Shown here: in pieces, positions 51,490 through 60,374 of the stretch | Position numbering within the stretch: the first letter of the stretch is position 1 | Layout of the letters: every line of letters begins with the position of its first letter | Assembly: GCA_963702845.1 (NCBI GenBank) | Contig: OY969763.1 | Span: 448,001 to 512,000 of the forward strand | Source of the DNA: an uncultured Verrucomicrobiae bacterium | GTDB lineage: Bacteria; Verrucomicrobiota; Verrucomicrobiia; Limisphaerales; Palsa-1400 | Direction of reading: 5' to 3' | DNA length: 64,000 nucleotides | Notes under the pieces: generated by a model | Told to the model about the DNA's origin: nothing | What the model saw: only the letters and a program-made list of their open reading frames with translations | The model's database searches: none | Position numbers and translations under genes: made by a program

Positions 51490-52020
51490 ATGACGTCCGC
51501 TTCCAAAAGCGAAAATCGAATTGCCTTGCCGGTGAGGCTGCGAGCTTGTCTTTCGACATATTTTATCTTGGGCGCGATCTGCGGCTTCCCGACTCTCGTG
51601 CCGGCAGTTGTAGTGGCGATGCAAGGCGAGTGGATAGGATCGGCGTTTCTAGGTCTTTGCTTTGCGCTATTGTTCGCGTGGATTGCTTCTTTCCGCATTG
51701 TCCTCACAGACGACCATATCACTTTTGTTAAGTTATTTGGCGGGTCGTCGTCACTCCCCTATGGAGAAATCGCCAGTGCCCGGATCGAATTGGGCTGGGC
51801 AAAGACGGCAGACAGGCTCAAGGGCGCTTACAGATTAGTGCTCGTTCCGAATAAACGGGCAGCCCAAAAGATGGAGATCAATATCAAGGTTTTCTCTCGG
51901 GAAGATTTGACCTTATTGATGCAGGTGCTTGCAATCAAGGCACCGGGCGCGCGAATGGATGACCGGTGCTCGAGGATGTGCAAGGGCAAATTGCCTTCGC
52001 TATTCTTCGAGAGCCAATAA
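51490..52020 (+). CDS. Hypothetical membrane protein (2 TM + bPH-like domain)
   Basis: Two TM helices, then I.LTDD.I.....FG....LPYGEI pattern. Confidence 0.65.
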   Translation: MTSASKSENRIALPVRLRACLSTYFILGAICGFPTLVPAVVVAMQGEWIGSAFLGLCFALLFAWIASFRIVLTDDHITFVKLFGGSSSLPYGEIASARIELGWAKTADRLKGAYRLVLVPNKRAAQKMEINIKVFSREDLTLLMQVLAIKAPGARMDDRCSRMCKGKLPSLFFESQ

Positions 52021-52059
52021 AGCTGTAAAAGAGATCTCAGTAGTAGTGCGACGAACCAC

Positions 52060-53376
52060 TTACCCTAACTTCCAAGGCGCGCGATAGGGCCGGGTCAGCA
52101 TCCGTGTAGCTTCCTCGTCATTCAAAATGGTTTCGCTGGCCGCATCCCACTTCAGTTTGCGACCGTCCAACAGCATCGAAATCAATCCCAGATGTCCGGG
52201 AATGGCTGAGTGATGGGCGGTCGCCGCAGGAGTGATGGTCGGCTTGCGCGATTTCACGCAATCCAGAAAATTCCGATGGTGATCCTTTGACTCGTAGAGT
52301 TTTATTTTCCGTAAATTCTCCGGCAGCTGCTCGACATTATTCCATTCCTTATTGGATGCATCAAACCCTTTGCGATTCACCCAAACCCAACCATCGGTTC
52401 CGATCCATTTTGTCCCGTTTTTAATGTCAGTGCCGCCGCCGTCGATGACCATTTCGATCCCTCGCGGATATTTTAATTCAACGCGATAGGTCTTGGCTGC
52501 GTTCCAAACGTCACCTTTTGGCGGAAAAACGCCGTGACCTTGAACTTCCGACGGACCTGAGTTATCGAAGTCGCAACCCCAGTGGGCAATGTCGCAGTGA
52601 TGTCCCACCCAATCCATCAACTGGCCCCCGCCAGTGTTGTAATTCCAGCGCCAATCCCGATGCAGACGCGCGGGAATGTAAGGCATCATTTGCGAGGGAC
52701 CGATCCAGGAATTGTAATCCAATTCGGACGGCGGCTTGATCGCCGTCATGTGATCTTTCTGCCTGCTTTCCGCATTGTTATAATCTTTGGGCAGACCCAC
52801 TTCGATTCGTTTGACCGTACCGATCAGGCCGTTGCGGACGATTTCCGCCGCCTTGTGAAAATTGGCGACTGAACGCTGCCAGGAACCGGTTTGCCAGATG
52901 CGTCCGGCGTCGGCGACCGCTTTGACCATGACCTGCTGCTCCTTGAGCGTGCGGGCCAGCGGTTTTTCGCCATAAATATCTTTTTTGCGACGGGCTGCTT
53001 CCACCGCCACCAATTCGTGCCAATGATCGGGCGTCGCCAGCATGACCGCGTCAATACCGGCCCGTGCCATCAACTCGCGGTAATCATGGTACGCTTTGCA
53101 ATCCTTGTTCTCGTATTTGCGATTAACAATCTGAACCAGACTATTGAGATGTTTTTTGTCCACGTCGCACGCCGCGATGACCCGGCAATCGGACTGCTCC
53201 AGAAAAGACCGGGTGTTGCCCGTGCCCATTCCGCCGCAGCCGACCATACCAAGAGTGATGCGATTGGAAGGGGCGGTCGTTCCACCAAGCCCGAGGGCGC
53301 TGGACGGAATAATGGTGGGAAAGGCCAGGGTTATGGCCGCTGCGCCAAGAAATCGACGACGACTGATTTTTTCCAC
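52060..53376 (-). CDS. Gfo/Idh/MocA family oxidoreductase, Tat-exported
   Basis: SRRRFL, VGCGGMG, ATPDHWH, YGEKP, QTGSWQRS, DWVGHHCD. Start GTG 53376 or TTG 53400. Confidence 0.92.
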   Translation of the reverse strand: MEKISRRRFLGAAAITLAFPTIIPSSALGLGGTTAPSNRITLGMVGCGGMGTGNTRSFLEQSDCRVIAACDVDKKHLNSLVQIVNRKYENKDCKAYHDYRELMARAGIDAVMLATPDHWHELVAVEAARRKKDIYGEKPLARTLKEQQVMVKAVADAGRIWQTGSWQRSVANFHKAAEIVRNGLIGTVKRIEVGLPKDYNNAESRQKDHMTAIKPPSELDYNSWIGPSQMMPYIPARLHRDWRWNYNTGGGQLMDWVGHHCDIAHWGCDFDNSGPSEVQGHGVFPPKGDVWNAAKTYRVELKYPRGIEMVIDGGGTDIKNGTKWIGTDGWVWVNRKGFDASNKEWNNVEQLPENLRKIKLYESKDHHRNFLDCVKSRKPTITPAATAHHSAIPGHLGLISMLLDGRKLKWDAASETILNDEEATRMLTRPYRAPWKLG

Positions 53377-53419
53377 GGACTGCAATTGGTTATTTTTCAA
53401 ATGAAATGAATTCCTTTTT

Positions 53420-53573
53420 GACGTTATGCGGATAGAGCGGGTTACGTTCCGGGGGGAAAGCAGAAGCAAGCAACCACTGTAAGGACCGGACCTAAAATTG
53501 GAACATTGCACTGACGCTTTTGCACAAAAGAGAATACCTGCCTTGCGTCACAGCAATCAAGCGCAGCGGACTA
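53420..53573 (-). pseudogene. Diverged duplicate of the promoter and signal-peptide region of the beta-helix gene (45855-46010)
   Basis: 40/49 identity over 53517-53565 versus 45951-45999; reads MQKRQCNVPILGPVLTVVACFCFPPGT* versus MQKCRGSIAILVSIFTVVAFILISAGT. Confidence 0.8.
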
Positions 53574-53733
53574 ATTTAATATGATCGGTGCGCGGCAGAG
53601 CCGCTCTGCGTTATTCGTTGGGGGACGGTGTCGATTAAAGCGAAAACCAAGGTTGTCAACAACGCCCGAAAATTAGGGTGTGCCGATTCCGGGGCGAAGT
53701 ATGATACTTATAAAACAACGCCTCCTTTTCCCA

Positions 53734-53913
53734 ATGAAACTAAATGCCATAACCCGGTGTGCAGTTCTAACGGCACTGGCCATCACTATTCTGTCGACAC
53801 CGGCAGCCACGCTCAGTGAAAAAGATCCAGCGCCAAAAATACAAGTTTCCAAGTGGATTCAGGGTGAACCTGTAAAAACGTTTCAAGCAGGGCAAATTGC
53901 CAGGAAGTTCTGA
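53734..53913 (+). pseudogene. N-terminal fragment of a TlpA-like redoxin
   Basis: Signal peptide + LSEKDPAPKIQVSKWIQGEPVKTF, stopping just before the expected FWATWCxPC. Confidence 0.65.
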
Positions 53914-53919
53914 AAAGAG

Positions 53920-55161
53920 ATGAAGAGCGTTGAGCCATCCCGCACAGATCGCCGGCTGAGTTCCGCGCAGCCGGCGCGAGCGCCTCGGCCATTCCTTTTC
54001 CTTTCCTTTAGTTTGAATGTGGGGTTGCTTCTGTTTTTAGCTTTGGTCGGACGAAGACCTGCCGAATTACCGGCAACTCCATCGGCCCGGGCCACAGGAC
54101 GCATTCTGAGAACGGAAACCAAACGTGTCTCCACGCGGCCTGCCCACGCATTGCCCTGGCAGCAATTGCAGTCGGGCGATCTGGCGGTTTATGCCGCCAA
54201 CTTGCGCGCCGCCGATTGTCCTGAAAAAACCGTGCGCGACATTTTGCTGCCCTTGATCGAAGAAAAGTTCAAGCACCTCGAATCGCCAGTTTCCGAATCA
54301 ACTAATTTTTGGGCCAGCTTCAGCCAACGTCAGGTCGCCGCAATCGCTCGAGCCGAGCAGAAAAGCGCGCTGCGGCAACAGCAAGATAAGACGGTTAAAG
54401 AGTTGCTCGGGTTCGTCTGGACCCCTGAAGGGCTTAAAAATGCGTACGAGGGGGAAGCGGCTTGCTCGCTCGGCTTTCTCGATTATGAGCGCGCGGAAAA
54501 GTTCCTTTGCATTGCCGACCGGTTCAAAAAGCAGTTCTCGGGCGGAAACATCTCACGTCGCACCGACCGCCGCTCGGCCATCTACAATGCATGGCGCCAG
54601 GAAGTGGGCGAGGTCCTTTCCCTTAGCGAATTCGAAGAAACCGAGCTGCGCGCAATTCTGACAGCCTGTCAACGCCGCAATCCGAATCTTTGCAGGGCCG
54701 GCTTGAACGGTTCGGAATTGCGCCAGTTAATGTCCTACAGACGCGAGCTGTGCAATCCACTTCCCTCGGCCTTGCTAGCTGAGGACAGCACACTTCTTCA
54801 GGAGCTCGATAGGGCCGGCGAACAACAATTCAATGCGAAAACGAGATCGCTGTTGGGCGATAGCCGTTTTATTGACTACTTAAAAAATTGCGATGTCAGT
54901 ATCGAAAGAACACTTGCTGCGCTGGAAAGCGTCCACTTGCCCCGGACCCTGACGCTGCAACTCTTCGACCTTCGAGAGGATGCGCTGGCACGTGCGCAGG
55001 AAATTCGCCAGCTACCCACACGTCGTGCGGAAAAGCGATTGCGTCTGGCGGCGCTACGTCAAAACTCCATCGAACAACTCGCGGCCTTGTCGAACGCCAC
55101 AACCGACAGCCCCTTGTTCAATATCAATCACGAATGGCTCCAGCAAATTGCAAATCCATGA
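53920..55161 (+). CDS. Membrane-anchored helical hypothetical protein, paralog 1
   Basis: SFSLNVGLL anchor; WQQLQSGD...YAANLRAADCPEKTVRDI; LLGDSRF.DY. Confidence 0.8.
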   Translation: MKSVEPSRTDRRLSSAQPARAPRPFLFLSFSLNVGLLLFLALVGRRPAELPATPSARATGRILRTETKRVSTRPAHALPWQQLQSGDLAVYAANLRAADCPEKTVRDILLPLIEEKFKHLESPVSESTNFWASFSQRQVAAIARAEQKSALRQQQDKTVKELLGFVWTPEGLKNAYEGEAACSLGFLDYERAEKFLCIADRFKKQFSGGNISRRTDRRSAIYNAWRQEVGEVLSLSEFEETELRAILTACQRRNPNLCRAGLNGSELRQLMSYRRELCNPLPSALLAEDSTLLQELDRAGEQQFNAKTRSLLGDSRFIDYLKNCDVSIERTLAALESVHLPRTLTLQLFDLREDALARAQEIRQLPTRRAEKRLRLAALRQNSIEQLAALSNATTDSPLFNINHEWLQQIANP

Positions 55162-56330
55162 GTTCACGGCTCCTCAGTTTTTCACTTTGTCTGAACCTGG
55201 TCCTGCTGGGAATGGTCGGATATCGGGTGGGGAGAAGCCATCTCGGCGGCAGCATCCCGACAGCAGCCGAGCCAATTCCTCAAACAAACCGCCTCGCCCA
55301 GACGAGCGCTGAACTTGCGCCGATGACTCCGGCGCCCTTGCGCTGGAGTGAACTTGAGTCCGAAGATTACCCGACCTACGTCGTCAACTTGCGCAGATCC
55401 GGTTGTCCAGAGCCGGTTTTGCGCCAGATCATCGGCGCCGACCTAAAGGACCTTTATGCGCGAAAGGCATTCGCTTTAGTCCGCGAATTTCACCGTGATT
55501 TCTGGGAAATCGCGGCCCGGGAAAATGTTCGAGAATACTTCGAAAAAAAGCTCAGACCACAAGTCAAAGCCTTTTGCAACGAACCCGACGTAATGCTCAA
55601 TCAACTCGTCGGTGAAGCGCCCCGCGAACCGTCCAGCGCGCCGAATGCCAGCAACCGGTTTACGGATTTTTTGTCTCCAGCAAAGCAGGAGCAATTGCGC
55701 TTGCTGGCTGAACGCTACGAGCCGCGGCTGCAAGCGATTAGCCAAGCCAACCTTTCGTCAGACGAAGAAGGATTCCAGCTGGCACAGTTGCGCACGGAGA
55801 TGGGGGACGAGCAAGCCCAGATACTATCACCCGAGGAACTGGCTGAATACCAACTGCGTCGGTCCATCGCGGCCTGTGAAGTGCAGCATTTACACGGGGT
55901 GGATTTTAGTGAGACCGAACTGCGCAACATGGCCAAAGCCATCGATGACTATCACCGTCGAATCTCCAGCCAAGCCGAGGATGTCCCCGAGACTCTGGAT
56001 CAGAAGCTCCAAACCGTGCTGGGGCAGGCGCGCTTTAGCGACTTCAACCGCGCTCGCTCCGCAAGCTATCGAGAGCTTTATGAAGTCGTTACAGTTTTCG
56101 GCCAACCCGCTGAGATCGCGGCGGACATCTTCGACTTGCGGCTTAAATCGGAAAGGAAGTCTGATGAAATTCGCGCTGACAAAATCCGGTCGCCCGAAGA
56201 AAAACAAGCGTTTCTTGATGAAACGCAGGAGCAGGTCGAGCAGGCCGTACAAAGCAAAATGGGAGCAGGAGCTTTTCAAAGTTACAACGCTGAAAATGGG
56301 AGGTGGATCAATGCATTGGGCCGCCTTTAA
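55158..56330 (+). CDS. Membrane-anchored helical hypothetical protein, paralog 2
   Basis: ATGA overlap with paralog 1; SLCLNLVLL; WSELESEDY..YVVNLRRSGCPEPVLRQI; VLGQARFSDF. Confidence 0.8.
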   Translation: MSSRLLSFSLCLNLVLLGMVGYRVGRSHLGGSIPTAAEPIPQTNRLAQTSAELAPMTPAPLRWSELESEDYPTYVVNLRRSGCPEPVLRQIIGADLKDLYARKAFALVREFHRDFWEIAARENVREYFEKKLRPQVKAFCNEPDVMLNQLVGEAPREPSSAPNASNRFTDFLSPAKQEQLRLLAERYEPRLQAISQANLSSDEEGFQLAQLRTEMGDEQAQILSPEELAEYQLRRSIAACEVQHLHGVDFSETELRNMAKAIDDYHRRISSQAEDVPETLDQKLQTVLGQARFSDFNRARSASYRELYEVVTVFGQPAEIAADIFDLRLKSERKSDEIRADKIRSPEEKQAFLDETQEQVEQAVQSKMGAGAFQSYNAENGRWINALGRL

Positions 56331-56405
56331 TCTGAACAGGCGCACCTTTACGAAAACGCGGGACTTGGTTCGATGCTTTGTTTACTTCTAAGCTGACTAC
56401 ACCTT

Positions 56406-57308
56406 ATGGCACTCAAACGTCGCGTTCTACTTGCATGCTTCCTGAGCAGCATCTTTGTGGCCTCAGCTAACCGTACTTTCGCCGAAGCAGATGCGACGAA
56501 CCATCCGGTCTATAAAACTGTCGGCGAACGAAAACTGGCGCTGAACTTCGATTACCCACCTGATTGGAAACCATCCGACAAACGTCCGGCTATAGTTTTC
56601 TTTTTCGGCGGCGGTTGGACGAGCGGCACGCCCGCGCAGTTCAAGCCGCAGGCCGAATACTTCGCCAAACGTGGCCTCGTCTGTGCCCGCGCCGATTACC
56701 GTCTTCGCGCCAGGGATGGCGTCACTCCGGACAAGTGCGTGGAAGATGCCATCAGTGCCATGCGCTGGGTTCGCAGTCACGCGGCTCAATTCGGGATCGA
56801 TCCGAACCGCATCGTCGCCGCGGGAGGTTCGGCGGGAGGACACCTCGCCGCCTGCACTTTCTTTTTGGAGGGAATCGACGCACCGGGTGACGACAAATCC
56901 GTTTCACCGAAACCCAATGCGATGATTCTATACAATCCGGTGCTTGATCTGGTCGCCGTGCGCTCCGAGCGCGTCGTCCGCGGCGGCCATTACTTCGCCG
57001 GCGTCGATGACACGACGTTGAAACGGATTTCGCCCGCGCTTTATCTCCGCAAAGACATGCCCCCAACGTTGCTCATGGACGGAACGAAAGATTGGCTCAA
57101 TTCACAACTCCGTGCTTTCGTCGAGAAAGCCAAATCCATGGGAGCCCCGATCGAAGCATGGTACGCCGAAGGTCAAACCCACGGCTTTTTCAACAAACAA
57201 CCATGGATTGAAAAAACGACCGCCGAAGCCGACGCGTTCCTCTGTCGCATCGGTTATTTGAAAGACGAACCGAAAGTGCCACTCCCCGTCAGCCCACGTC
57301 ATCGATAA
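56406..57308 (+). CDS. Secreted alpha/beta hydrolase (HSL/BD-FAE-like esterase)
   Basis: FFGGGW, DYRL, GGSAGGHLA, GTKD, HGFF. Confidence 0.9.
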   Translation: MALKRRVLLACFLSSIFVASANRTFAEADATNHPVYKTVGERKLALNFDYPPDWKPSDKRPAIVFFFGGGWTSGTPAQFKPQAEYFAKRGLVCARADYRLRARDGVTPDKCVEDAISAMRWVRSHAAQFGIDPNRIVAAGGSAGGHLAACTFFLEGIDAPGDDKSVSPKPNAMILYNPVLDLVAVRSERVVRGGHYFAGVDDTTLKRISPALYLRKDMPPTLLMDGTKDWLNSQLRAFVEKAKSMGAPIEAWYAEGQTHGFFNKQPWIEKTTAEADAFLCRIGYLKDEPKVPLPVSPRHR

Positions 57309-57325
57309 CAACCGTGATGCGTTCA

Positions 57326-58018
57326 TCACGAATTACAATTTGTGACTATCTTCGACCTCAAGGATCGGACCATTTCCAACGCCAGCGCACCAGCCACTCC
57401 GCCCGCATGGCCCACCGCGATCGGCGTCCCCACGTTGCCGAAATGTAAGAAATCAAAAACGACGTTACCGGTGATAGCTTCAATTGCGCTTTTGCCGATG
57501 ATGATCGCAAACGTGATCCATCCGGCACGCGCGATCATCTTGTCCGTCGAACGCATCATTTCCAACGCGGACACCGCCAACAAACCGTGGGCGACTCCGG
57601 ATAATCCACACAGCCCAACCGAAGCGATCTGCGACGAACACAGCAGCGCAATCACCAGACTGCCCGCAGCGCTCGCGATAACATATGCGACGCGTTTGGC
57701 CCACGCCTTCTCTTCAAGCCCTGAATACACGAGAAAGAAGGCCGAGGCGTCCAGCAGTAGATGGTAGAAAGAGACATGGACAAACGGGTGGGTGAACATG
57801 CGCCACCATTCGCCGTCTCGCACCAACGCAGGAACATAAACAAACGCCGTCTGTTCGCGCCCGATGATCAGCGTCCAATTCAAAAGGAATACCACAATAC
57901 CGAATACGATCAGATCCCAGCGAACGGACTTGCTCGTGCTTCTCGCTTCCAAACACGAGTTGCGGGCGCTCGGAAAAGTGAGCGCTGCCGCGGATTGATT
58001 CAGTGTTGGGTCATTCAT
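57326..58018 (-). CDS. Rhombosortase-like rhomboid intramembrane serine protease
   Basis: GEWWRMFTHPFVH...HLL, CGLSGVAHG (Ser), GHAGG (His); lies next to a GlyGly-CTERM-like target. Confidence 0.85.
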   Translation of the reverse strand: MNDPTLNQSAAALTFPSARNSCLEARSTSKSVRWDLIVFGIVVFLLNWTLIIGREQTAFVYVPALVRDGEWWRMFTHPFVHVSFYHLLLDASAFFLVYSGLEEKAWAKRVAYVIASAAGSLVIALLCSSQIASVGLCGLSGVAHGLLAVSALEMMRSTDKMIARAGWITFAIIIGKSAIEAITGNVVFDFLHFGNVGTPIAVGHAGGVAGALALEMVRSLRSKIVTNCNS

Positions 58019-58027
58019 AATGCAAGA

Positions 58028-58051
58028 GGAGGGCGGCAATTGCCGCCCTCC
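58028..58051. terminator. Perfect 24-bp palindrome between the target gene and rhombosortase
   Basis: GGAGGGCGGCAATTGCCGCCCTCC; only a weak U-tract on the minus strand. Confidence 0.5.
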
Positions 58052-58061
58052 GTTTCCCTAT

Positions 58062-60161
58062 TTACTCACCACGCTTACTGCTCTTGAACCGTCGCAACCA
58101 CACCAACAATCCCACGAACAACGGTCCAACCGGTGACGATCCGCCACCGCCAAGGTTGAAGCTTTGCCCTCCGGATTGCGGTCTGGCCTGCGTAACCTGA
58201 AGCGGCTGCGCTTGAGGAACCGGCGTTGTCTGCGACGCTCTCCGCGACACCGGAGCCTGCGCTGACACGGGCACGCTCGAAGCATCCTGCGGCCCAAGAC
58301 TGGCCATGGCCTTGCTGCGAATGTTGTCGAATTGATTGCGAACCAGCTCCTGCGCTTTCCGCTCTCGTTCATTCCGCAGCGCATTATTGCGCGAAATTTT
58401 CCAGCGCTGATATTCCCCGTCGTTTTCCAACACCAGGAACGACGTGTACTCAGTGACAATCGAATAACCTTCGCCCAATCGCACCACTTCATCTTTAACC
58501 GACTCTCTCGCATTGGTCCGGTCAGCCTCTATCAGTAGCGCATCGATTTTGTGCAGCGCCCACATCCGGTCGATTTCCGGGTTGTGTGTGTCTTCTTTTG
58601 GAAATTCCAACTGCGCCGACTGCTTCAATTCCACTCCATTAACACTTCCCCGCACAGTCACCTGCGCCTCACCACCCGCGTGGTAACGTCCGTAAATCCG
58701 CAAAGGTGCGCCATGATACAAATTAGGCAGCGCCTTGGGTTCCACGTCCGTGATTTGCAATCCACCAAAATCAATTTGCAAATTGCTTGCTGCCGGACGC
58801 GTCAGCTTGCGCCGAAACGCCTGCGCCTGCCTCGCAAAGTTATCGCCTTGCGAAATAAACGATGCCAAGCCGCCCGAGTCCTGCGCCAATTGTTGTAGCA
58901 AAGGTTTATTTACTTCATTGCCGACGCCGATGCAAAAAACGCGCGAATTCCGGGGGCGTTGCTGGATCAGTTGCAGCAAGGTCTGCCGGTCGCCGGAATC
59001 CGTCAACCCATCGCTCAAAATCACCACGTTGAGTTGCCGGTCCGCCTCGGCGTATTTGTAAGCCGTCGTAACTGCAGGGTTCAACATCGTGCCGCCCCGC
59101 GCCTGTTGTGTGCTGAGGTAAGCCTTCCCCGCTTCCTTTCCTGCGACATCGGCGGCGCGCAATTTCTGGAACGCGAGGTAAGGTTGCACGTTGAATGTGA
59201 TCAATTCGAAGCGATCTTTGGGCCCGAGTTCGTCAACAAAAGCTCCCACAGAATCCTTGGAAATGAGTAGTTTTCCGTCATCCGCCATGCTTCCCGAAAC
59301 ATCCAATAGAAAAACGTAGTCCATCCCGTCGTCCGCTTTCTTGAGGTCTTCTCCGGCAGTCATCGTCAGACAAAAATAACCATCTTCGCCATCGTGCTTC
59401 GACGTCACCAGATCAATTCCGGTTTGTGGCCGGGAGAGGTGATATGCGATGACGATGTCCTTCGCCAAATTGCCGGCCTTCGTTTCCATGCTCGCCTGGA
59501 AAAGTGAAGCGCTGTGGTTTGCCACGACAAAGTCGGTTCCATGGCTTGGACTTTCCATTTCGGTGATCGGCACCGGCGACTTCGCTTCCAATGAGAAAGC
59601 GAACTTTCCTGTCGTGCGGGAATCCACATTGCGGCGCGTCGACGTCGCCAATGGGTAAACGTAGGTCGCCCAATCATTATCAAAATCCAGTTCCTGATAA
59701 TAAATCACCTGAACTTTCTGGTCGGCCTGTGGCGCGATGGGAAAGATGCGCATCTCAAACGTTTTGAAGTCCGTTTGTTCCAGCAACCCTGGATCGCGTC
59801 GCACCTGTTTGTAGCTGTCGTAGATTTCTCGCGCGCGTCTCTTCTCGACCACTTCGCCGACCATTTCCTTGCCGTTGATCCACATGCTGAAATTGGCGAC
59901 TGACGCGCCCCTTGGAACCGGGAACGTATAGAGCGCCTCCACTTGCCGGCTCTCGGTGTTGTGAAAAATTTGCGTCACTTTCGTAATCGCAATTCCATCA
60001 TTGATGGTGACATCCACCGTATGCTCTTTAAGTTCAAGCACACCGCCCAGGCCGCCATCTGCAATTAACAAACCGGCGCCATGCGCTCCCGGAACAAGCG
60101 CGCTTTGCAACCAAAACGCCGCTGCTGCCAATAAACTGAGACTTCGTATTTTCGTTTTCAT
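58062..60161 (-). CDS. Secreted VIT + vWA domain protein with a GlyGly-CTERM-like tail
   Basis: EALYTFPVP..A VIT motif; LLDVSGSM MIDAS; ILSDG; C-terminus GGGGSSPVGPLFVGLLVWLRR. Confidence 0.9.
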   Translation of the reverse strand: MKTKIRSLSLLAAAAFWLQSALVPGAHGAGLLIADGGLGGVLELKEHTVDVTINDGIAITKVTQIFHNTESRQVEALYTFPVPRGASVANFSMWINGKEMVGEVVEKRRAREIYDSYKQVRRDPGLLEQTDFKTFEMRIFPIAPQADQKVQVIYYQELDFDNDWATYVYPLATSTRRNVDSRTTGKFAFSLEAKSPVPITEMESPSHGTDFVVANHSASLFQASMETKAGNLAKDIVIAYHLSRPQTGIDLVTSKHDGEDGYFCLTMTAGEDLKKADDGMDYVFLLDVSGSMADDGKLLISKDSVGAFVDELGPKDRFELITFNVQPYLAFQKLRAADVAGKEAGKAYLSTQQARGGTMLNPAVTTAYKYAEADRQLNVVILSDGLTDSGDRQTLLQLIQQRPRNSRVFCIGVGNEVNKPLLQQLAQDSGGLASFISQGDNFARQAQAFRRKLTRPAASNLQIDFGGLQITDVEPKALPNLYHGAPLRIYGRYHAGGEAQVTVRGSVNGVELKQSAQLEFPKEDTHNPEIDRMWALHKIDALLIEADRTNARESVKDEVVRLGEGYSIVTEYTSFLVLENDGEYQRWKISRNNALRNERERKAQELVRNQFDNIRSKAMASLGPQDASSVPVSAQAPVSRRASQTTPVPQAQPLQVTQARPQSGGQSFNLGGGGSSPVGPLFVGLLVWLRRFKSSKRGE

Positions 60162-60230
60162 TCGTTTTTCGTGGTTAGTGTTTCGAGGCCCTTACCGCGT
60201 CCGCAGACGCGCGCCTCACGAAGATATGCA

Positions 60231-60247
60231 GTCATGTTTTGTGCCAA
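60231..60247 (-). promoter_or_regulatory. Putative sigma54 promoter of the VIT-vWA gene (degenerate -12)
   Basis: TTGGCACAAAACATGAC: perfect -24 box, GA instead of GC at -12. Confidence 0.5.
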
Positions 60248-60332
60248 TAAAACCGCTGTTTCCCAACCAATTGAGCAGGAGATGCTTGCGAGATTTGTGG
60301 TGCTGAAGCTACGAGTCAGAATAACAAATAGA

Positions 60333-60374
60333 TAGACATTTATTGTATGTCAAATATACATTTTATGCGTGTCA
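60333..60374. promoter_or_regulatory. Tandem 20-bp operator-like repeats with a 22-bp period
   Basis: TAGACATTTATTGTATGTCA versus TATACATTTTATGCGTGTCA (15/20 identical). Confidence 0.55.

Noticed and set aside
53377..53511. N-terminal extension of the Gfo/Idh/MocA ORF
   Set aside because: Overlaps the duplicated promoter/signal remnant; the Tat motif position favours a start at 53376-53400.
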